Shown: piece after piece, positions 26,414 to 32,198 of the stretch | Layout: each line of letters begins with the position of its first letter | How positions within the stretch are numbered: the first letter of the stretch is position 1 | Source: Pseudobdellovibrionaceae bacterium | GTDB taxonomy: Bacteria; Bdellovibrionota; Bdellovibrionia; Bdellovibrionales; Bdellovibrionaceae | Direction: 5' to 3' | Length of the DNA: 32,198 nt | Assembly: GCA_044359815.1 (NCBI GenBank) | Contig: JBIKLL010000026.1 | Coordinates: 1 to 32,198, forward strand | Program-made: the position numbers and the translations under genes | The notes under the pieces: model-generated | Told to the model about the DNA's origin: nothing | Databases searched by the model: none | Seen by the model: only the letters and a program-made list of their open reading frames with translations

Positions 26414-27278
26414 TTTCTGGAACAAATAAAATTCCCATCGCAAGCGCTGTCAGGGCGTATGAAGAAACGGCCATCAATGTCGGTGTTTCTTGAAATATCA
26501 AAATCGCAGCAATCGAAGCAAATATGGGCTCAGACAGCTTGCCACAGCTCATCACATTGATGTCGATAAATTTTAATAAATAAGTAAAAGTCGCATGTCC
26601 TAAAAAAGTCGAAAACACAATCAGGCCTGCAATGCCTAAGACAGTGTTCGGTTTCAAGTCCATAGTCAGAGTCCCAGCCGCCGCAGCGATAGTGATAAAT
26701 CCCACGGAACCCGCAGCGTAAGCTAAAAATGTAAACTGAGTGTTGTGCAGGGTTTTGCGTGAGCTTTTGCCAATCAAGATGTAGGATGAGTACAAAACCG
26801 CAGCCAGCAGTGCAGACAGATTGCCATAAAAATTATTTTCTGTGCCTTTGTGTAAGGACCCGTTGATCAGAAGATAAATCGAAACAAAGGCCAGTGCGTA
26901 GGCTATGTAAAGTCGCTTTTTCATAGGTTCTTTAAAGAAAATAAAATTCCCCAAGGCTGTAAATAAGGGGTTGGATGCAAAGATAATCATACAGGCGGCT
27001 ATCGAGGTGTTTTGAGCTGCAAAGGAATAGGTCCACAAATGGATGCAAAAAACAAAACCGCAAAATAGAGAGTTTTGCTCGGAGGAACCCCTGACCAGCA
27101 GGTTCTTGAACAAATGAGCAAAATTTTGTTTTTTAAAATATAAGATCCCAGCCAGTATGATTGTGGCCCCCGTCAATCGAAAGCTTCCTATGAGCTCGGG
27201 TGGAGCCGCAGCCAGTCGGTTAAAGACTGAAGCTAGACTAAGGCATATGACTGAAATCGCAAAAATCGCATAGTTCAC
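26370..27278 (-). CDS. EamA/DMT family transporter
   Basis: About 10 TM helices in two repeats; TSIA, NPLF..L...FFKE, GH..F.Y, SEPIFAS......QE.P. GTG 27278 chosen from promoter position (ORF track gives 27284). Confidence 0.88.
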   Translation of the reverse strand: MNYAIFAISVICLSLASVFNRLAAAPPELIGSFRLTGATIILAGILYFKKQNFAHLFKNLLVRGSSEQNSLFCGFVFCIHLWTYSFAAQNTSIAACMIIFASNPLFTALGNFIFFKEPMKKRLYIAYALAFVSIYLLINGSLHKGTENNFYGNLSALLAAVLYSSYILIGKSSRKTLHNTQFTFLAYAAGSVGFITIAAAAGTLTMDLKPNTVLGIAGLIVFSTFLGHATFTYLLKFIDINVMSCGKLSEPIFASIAAILIFQETPTLMAVSSYALTALAMGILFVPEIKKQYLDRKKPAAY

Positions 27279-27284
27279 GGGCAC

Positions 27285-27313
27285 AGTATGGGATGACAGA
27301 ATGCGATAATCAA
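27285..27313 (-). promoter_or_regulatory. Sigma70 promoter, leaderless start
   Basis: Minus strand TTGATT-17 nt-CATACT-6 nt-GTG (27278). Confidence 0.55.
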
Positions 27314-27390
27314 TAAAAGTAATTTATTTTTAGCAAAAAATCGATTGGAATTAATACGTTAAGAAGAAAAACGAATAAAGGAGTTCACCC

Positions 27391-28101
27391 ATGAATCAAA
27401 ACAACAGAGTTTTAAAGGTCGCTTTGGCTGCAGCATCATTAGTTTTTGCTGTGTCTTGCGAAAAGAAAGTTAAATTGGATACCGACCAACAAAAAGGCAG
27501 CTATGCCATTGGTCAACAGATTGGTACCAATCTTAAAAATCAAAATATTGAATTTGATCCAGATGTCGTAGCAGCATCGATCAAAGACGTAGTTTCTGGC
27601 AAAGAATCCAGAATGAAGCCTGAAGAAATGCAAGCTGCATTGATGAAGCTTCAAGAATCAATCATGAAAAAACAAGAAGAAGTGGCTACAAAAAACGCTG
27701 CTGAAGGCAAAGCGTTCTTGGAAAAGAACAAAGCTGATGGCGGAATTAAATCAACTGCTTCTGGATTGCAGTACAAGATTGAAAAAGAAGGTACAGGCAA
27801 ATCTCCAACTGAAAAAGACGTTGTTAAAGCTCATTACAAAGGCACAACAATTGACGGAAAACAATTTGATAGCTCATACGACAGAGGAGCTCCTGCTGAG
27901 TTTCCTTTAAACGGAGTGATCAAAGGTTGGACTGAAGGTTTACAATTGATGAAGGTCGGATCAAAAGCTAAGTTTTTCATCCCACCAGAGCTTGGCTACG
28001 GCGCTAGCGCTCGTCCTGGAATTCCTTCGAATTCAGTATTGGTATTCGAAGTTGAATTGATCGACGTTATGCCTCCTGCTGCTGCAACAAAGAAAAAATA
28101 A
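27391..28101 (+). CDS. fkpA: FKBP-type peptidyl-prolyl isomerase (FkpA/Mip-like lipoprotein)
   Basis: SD AAGGAG; lipobox AVS-C; SYAIGQQIG, TASGLQY, HYKGT..DG.QFDSSY, VIKGWTEGL, IPPELGYG, LVFEVEL. Confidence 0.93.
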   Translation: MNQNNRVLKVALAAASLVFAVSCEKKVKLDTDQQKGSYAIGQQIGTNLKNQNIEFDPDVVAASIKDVVSGKESRMKPEEMQAALMKLQESIMKKQEEVATKNAAEGKAFLEKNKADGGIKSTASGLQYKIEKEGTGKSPTEKDVVKAHYKGTTIDGKQFDSSYDRGAPAEFPLNGVIKGWTEGLQLMKVGSKAKFFIPPELGYGASARPGIPSNSVLVFEVELIDVMPPAAATKKK

Positions 28102-28117
28102 TTAATTAACTTTTGAG

Positions 28118-28142
28118 AGGGCTTTTGATAATACAAAGCCCT
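28118..28142 (+). terminator. Hairpin after fkpA (terminator-like, weak T tail)
   Basis: AGGGCTTT-N9-AAAGCCCT. Confidence 0.5.
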
Positions 28143-28159
28143 TTGCAAGGGGTGATATT

Positions 28160-28750
28160 ATTTTTGATTTTAGCAAAGATCCTATAGAGAATTTTTTAAA
28201 AATTTTTGATCAAGCTACGAAAGCCATCGCCAAAGATCCAAATGCGATGGCTTTTTCGTCTTTTGACGGTCAATCCGTGCATTCCAGAATTGTTTTATTT
28301 AAGGGGATGATCCGGGGCGGATTTTCCTTTTACACCAATTATCAAAGCGCTAAAGGCAAGCACGTAGACCAGCATCCCCAGGGAAGCTTGTTGTTTTATT
28401 GGAAAGAGCTCGACACTCAGGTTCGTATGAATGGTTCAATCAAAAAGCTTTCGGCCGCAGAATCCGATGAGTATTTTGCCAGTCGTGATAGGCTTAGCCA
28501 GATTGGCGCTTGGGCCAGCCAACAGAGTCAGAAAATTGAATCCTATCAGGTTTTACAAGATCGAATGGCTGAATTTGAAAAAAAATTTACAGGAACATCA
28601 GTGCCTAGGCCGCCTCATTGGGGTGGGTTTCATTTGATTCCATTGACGATGGAGTTCTGGTTTGCCAAGCCTGGCAGATTGCATGAAAGGTATTGTTTTG
28701 AAAGATCATCCGAGACCTCTGAATGGTCTCGGAGCTTAAAATTTCCTTAA
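28160..28750 (+). CDS. pdxH: Pyridoxine/pyridoxamine 5'-phosphate oxidase, apparent ATT start
   Basis: SRIVLFKG, FYTNYQSAKG, QVR, SDEYFASR.RLSQIGAWASQQS, PRPPHWGG, EFW...GRLHER. Homology extends upstream of ATG 28247 (FDFSKDPIENF...DPNAM). Confidence 0.9.
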   Translation: MFDFSKDPIENFLKIFDQATKAIAKDPNAMAFSSFDGQSVHSRIVLFKGMIRGGFSFYTNYQSAKGKHVDQHPQGSLLFYWKELDTQVRMNGSIKKLSAAESDEYFASRDRLSQIGAWASQQSQKIESYQVLQDRMAEFEKKFTGTSVPRPPHWGGFHLIPLTMEFWFAKPGRLHERYCFERSSETSEWSRSLKFP

Positions 28751-28753
28751 GTA

Positions 28754-31558
28754 TTAGTTCTGTCCAAGGGGTCTGGGCCTTGGAGCATTGGGTTGGTTGT
28801 TTTGTTGATTTCTAGGACTGATACCATCATTTTCATCAGGTGTCGGAGTAGTTGGAACTGGCGTTTGTGCTGGAGTTGGAGTTGGCTTCGGTGGATTTCT
28901 GTAGGCTTCACTGGTTCCATAGCTATTTCTATTTCCTGCGCCCTGAGTTCCGATGGTTAACTGATAAACGTAGTTATTACGATAGTAATTTCTGAAGGCA
29001 CAAACGCGCTCTTCGTGGGCTGCTGGCGTTGATTTGTTATAGCGATCATACAAAGTGTTGTAATCAAAGCTAATCACGCCATCAGGTTTTTTGTTGTTCA
29101 TCACGCGATCAAAAATACTCAGTAAGGTCGATTTGTCGCAAGCATAACGATAAACAGAATAGTTATTAAAAGCTAAGCTCTGAATGCACAATTGTCCAAA
29201 TGCATATTTCGCTGAACCTGTCGTCGAATCCGGGCTTGAGTTATAATTAAAAGGACTGAAGGGATTTGCCAGGCTTGGGTATCTGTCAGCATGGAAATTT
29301 CTAAGCCAAAAATACCTGATGTATCCCGTTGGTTCTACCAATGATAAAAAGTCCTTAACAAATCTCCAGCTTGATGAGTCGTCTTTGCGCTGCTGTAAAA
29401 ACTCAAGCCTTGAATCGTTTTGTAAACGAACATGTGAATCCAACATTAAAATAATATTTTCAGTGGGGACGTTTTCAGATCTTAATTTCCAAAAAGCCGT
29501 GGTTGCTAGAAAGCGATCGATAAAAACTTGCTCTATGGCTTCTAAATTCACAGTCGATAAATTGGTCGCATTTTCCAGATCTGCGCTGATGTATTCAAGG
29601 GCCTGATTCATATCACCCGCATTTGACAGCAAATCACGCATTGCTGAATCGCCTAATACTAACAAAAGATTTTTTTGATAGTCGCTGAGGTCCAGTCCAT
29701 TGTTCATCATTAGTTTGTAATCGTAACGGACATAGTTCGTTAAACGGTTTGCCAGGAAACTGGTTCGCGACAACAGAATGTTGAAATTATAATAAAGCCT
29801 GCTCAGAACTTCTGTTGAATGTGAAAGAGTGTCAAGCATCGTCGACTGTGCATTGGCTTTTGCTACATATTCATTAATGGCATGGATGGAGTCCTGAATT
29901 CGTTTTCTGGAATCATTAATGGACACGATGATCGCTTTGTCGCCATTCAGAGTGTTTATTTTAGCAGTCAAGGCGGCTAAATAAGAATCCATGGCCATCA
30001 AGCTATCGACTATACTGAAACGTTGATCCACGAACATTTGGTCAATGATTTCGGTTTTGTCCGCTAAAAACCAACGGCCATAAAATTTGGTCGCAGCTTT
30101 GTTGGCGTTATCAATCATGTCATTCAGATTTTTTTTGATCGTTTGAGCTAAAATTGTTGGATTATTAAACATTGGAAGGTCTGATGTGTTTTCCAGTCGT
30201 GACATCATCCATTCATCCCAAGATTGCTTAACACCAGTGGCTAAATTTCCAGTGATAACCAGTGCTGGCCATGATTCTCTGGGCATTCCAATTAACAAAA
30301 ATGGCCAGTTAACCCGCGGCGCAGAGTATTCGAAAAAATTCTGAGTCTTACCAGTTTTTTCCATTTGCTCGATCAGTGATCGCAAAATAGTGAAAACCAG
30401 ATTTCGCTTTTCCATATCATTGTCAAGAGTGTCGAGAGTGATTAATCCTCGATTGAGTTTACCAACCAGATCAAAAGTAGATTGTTGGAATCTGGTGATG
30501 TCCTCGATGATGTCAGATTTTCTGGTACCGTCATATTGGTCAAAAGGATCCGCGCCTAACATGATTTTTTGCATAAAATTAGTGAGGTTCGGTAAATGAT
30601 GGCTTAAAATAAAAATTCCTGAAAACGGATTTCCCGCAAGTCTTGCTGTTTGTGCAGGGGTTTTGGGGTTGGGAACATCAGGATTCACGGATTTTTTATT
30701 AATCAATTTAGTATTCAGAGACTTTACGGCCATATTGAGAAGTTGTTTATTATCTAAAATAGAACAGTAGGTTTCAGTGTTAACTTCCAACAGACAACGC
30801 ATAGAGTTTTGAAATTCTACGGTGTTGATTTTACCAATAGCATTTGCAAATTCTCGACGCTGCATAAAGCTTGAAAGTTTTGAAATCGCGTTTGAAACTT
30901 TGATGCCGCCTAAATCCACACCTGATGACAAAAATGAACTCAGAACAAAAACCGAGGATGAAATAATTTGGCCCATTTTCTCAGAATTTTTGCTGACGCA
31001 TTCTGGGTTATCAGCCATGGCTTCCATTAATGTTGAGTAAATATCCAGACCTGTTTCCACTGCTTCGAAGGTTCGCTTTTTAACATCGGACCATTTGAAG
31101 CCATCCGGTGTGCCATCGCGATTGATATCAACAGGTGACATGGTTGCGGACCCCTGAGCGGCCCCCATTTGGTTGATGGCAGAATTAGCTGTGCGGTTTG
31201 CTAAAATACTTGGGGATAAAATATTTCTCATCAATCCTGAAAACAATGAGCTTGTGTCCTTGGATAATCTTGAAAGGCTGTTTGGATCTTCGATCTGGCG
31301 GGCTTCTATATTTCTGACCACTTTGTTTTGCATGCCGCTGTAATATTCAGTGACGGCTTTTACCAGGGGGGCGCAATTGACATCGTTTTTTAAGTTATCA
31401 AATACTCTAACCAGCGATGATGATTGTGACATCACCGTTTGGGTCCAATACCCTTGAGTCTTACAGGCGCCACCAAAAGAATAAGGATTGGCCACAGCCA
31501 TTGTTGAGCTGGCAGTCAGAGCCAAAAACACAAATAGGTTCCTAAATAGAATAGACAT
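28754..31558 (-). CDS. Large secreted, predicted alpha-helical hypothetical protein with a Pro/Thr-rich tail
   Basis: 934-aa ORF; SD GAGGTG; signal peptide ending AVA; paired Cys; no recognised family. Confidence 0.8.
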   Translation of the reverse strand: MSILFRNLFVFLALTASSTMAVANPYSFGGACKTQGYWTQTVMSQSSSLVRVFDNLKNDVNCAPLVKAVTEYYSGMQNKVVRNIEARQIEDPNSLSRLSKDTSSLFSGLMRNILSPSILANRTANSAINQMGAAQGSATMSPVDINRDGTPDGFKWSDVKKRTFEAVETGLDIYSTLMEAMADNPECVSKNSEKMGQIISSSVFVLSSFLSSGVDLGGIKVSNAISKLSSFMQRREFANAIGKINTVEFQNSMRCLLEVNTETYCSILDNKQLLNMAVKSLNTKLINKKSVNPDVPNPKTPAQTARLAGNPFSGIFILSHHLPNLTNFMQKIMLGADPFDQYDGTRKSDIIEDITRFQQSTFDLVGKLNRGLITLDTLDNDMEKRNLVFTILRSLIEQMEKTGKTQNFFEYSAPRVNWPFLLIGMPRESWPALVITGNLATGVKQSWDEWMMSRLENTSDLPMFNNPTILAQTIKKNLNDMIDNANKAATKFYGRWFLADKTEIIDQMFVDQRFSIVDSLMAMDSYLAALTAKINTLNGDKAIIVSINDSRKRIQDSIHAINEYVAKANAQSTMLDTLSHSTEVLSRLYYNFNILLSRTSFLANRLTNYVRYDYKLMMNNGLDLSDYQKNLLLVLGDSAMRDLLSNAGDMNQALEYISADLENATNLSTVNLEAIEQVFIDRFLATTAFWKLRSENVPTENIILMLDSHVRLQNDSRLEFLQQRKDDSSSWRFVKDFLSLVEPTGYIRYFWLRNFHADRYPSLANPFSPFNYNSSPDSTTGSAKYAFGQLCIQSLAFNNYSVYRYACDKSTLLSIFDRVMNNKKPDGVISFDYNTLYDRYNKSTPAAHEERVCAFRNYYRNNYVYQLTIGTQGAGNRNSYGTSEAYRNPPKPTPTPAQTPVPTTPTPDENDGISPRNQQNNQPNAPRPRPLGQN

Positions 31559-31581
31559 CCATCACCTCGGGTACTGCAAAG

Positions 31582-31597
31582 AGCATGATTGATGCCC
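31582..31597 (-). promoter_or_regulatory. Possible sigma54 (-24/-12) promoter of the 934-aa gene
   Basis: Minus strand GGGCATCAATCATGCT fits GG-N10-GC, about 24 nt upstream of the ATG. Confidence 0.4.
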
Positions 31598-31714
31598 AGA
31601 GCTGAGGGCATAGGACCTATCCTATTGGGATTAGACGGGGTTTTTGCCAAATGGTGACGTAATTTGCTTTACACCAATGTATAACTTTTGGCCGATCAGG
31701 TTTTCAGTAAAGCT

Positions 31715-31875
31715 CATCCAGATTAGAAAAAAAATTAAATGCAGATATTTGTATATCTAAAATGGCCACAGCTCCATGCTTCTCCGCTCGGGCCAAGCCC
31801 CCGCCGTCCAGGCTCCGCGGAGGGCCAATTTAAATATAAAAATATCTGCATTAAATTTTTTTTCTAATCTGGATG
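31715..31875. repeat. Long inverted-repeat element (REPIN/MITE-like)
   Basis: 53-bp arms 31715-31767 and 31823-31875 match 49/53; the GC-rich 55-nt core has its own CTCCGC/GCGGAG stem. Confidence 0.85.
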
Positions 31876-31966
31876 TGTTTTATTGATGATCGGTCCCAGC
31901 TGGTCCACTTGCCTGCGGTTAATTTGAATTTTAAAAACTATTTCTATGATTTTACACCTTTTGAAT

Positions 31967-32198
31967 ACTTGCTAACGGCCGCAAGCTCATCTCTCGTATT
32001 GCATAAATGCAAAGGTAATTTGTTTTTACTGTTTTTAGACACATGCAGCGAGCGTGCGGGGCATATCTGGTGTTGAGTCATTTAGATTAATCATAAAACT
32101 GATTAATCTAAATGACTCAATACGAGAGATGAGCCCGCGGCCGTTAGCGAGTGTCTAAAAATAGTTAAAAAAATTATCTTTGCATTTACGCAACACCA
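31967..32198. repeat. Composite palindromic element, truncated by the window end
   Basis: Perfect 21-bp hairpin 32073-32093/32100-32120; inverted matches 31967-32001/32118-32152 (32/35), 32001-32042/32151-32191 and 32068-32075/32191-32198. Confidence 0.85.

Noticed and set aside
31873..32076. 67-aa ORF in the palindromic region
   Set aside because: No RBS or motif; it runs through repeat DNA and is most likely spurious.

Overview
Bacterial chromosomal window of moderate-to-low GC. Gene content and order suggest Bdellovibrionota (inference). Left end (1-1650): two paralogous RelE/HigB-type toxin + HTH antitoxin pairs, each followed by a copy of the 3' end of the neighbouring tRNA-Met(CAU) gene, then a palindromic tRNA-linked element, a terminator and the tRNA. 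Next come two lipoproteins and a secreted HNH nuclease. A complete haem cluster follows: hemB, divergent from short hemA, hemC-hemD fusion, hemL, sensor kinase, OmpR-type regulator, hemE, hemN, hemY and hemH. A perfect TGACA-N6-TGACA box precedes hemA, matching the Leptospira HemKR system. The middle holds a DUF4360 protein, a 775-aa exported protein with a possible toxin-like C-terminus, an L,D-transpeptidase, yjgN and icd. Then come a barrel/antiporter/selD/selU operon, an EamA transporter, an FKBP PPIase, pdxH with an apparent ATT start, and a 934-aa secreted protein. The right end has two large intergenic palindromic elements, one with a permuted A-B-C-D/D'-A'-B'-C' layout. Several genes look leaderless. 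All family assignments come from motif recognition by eye; no database search was run.
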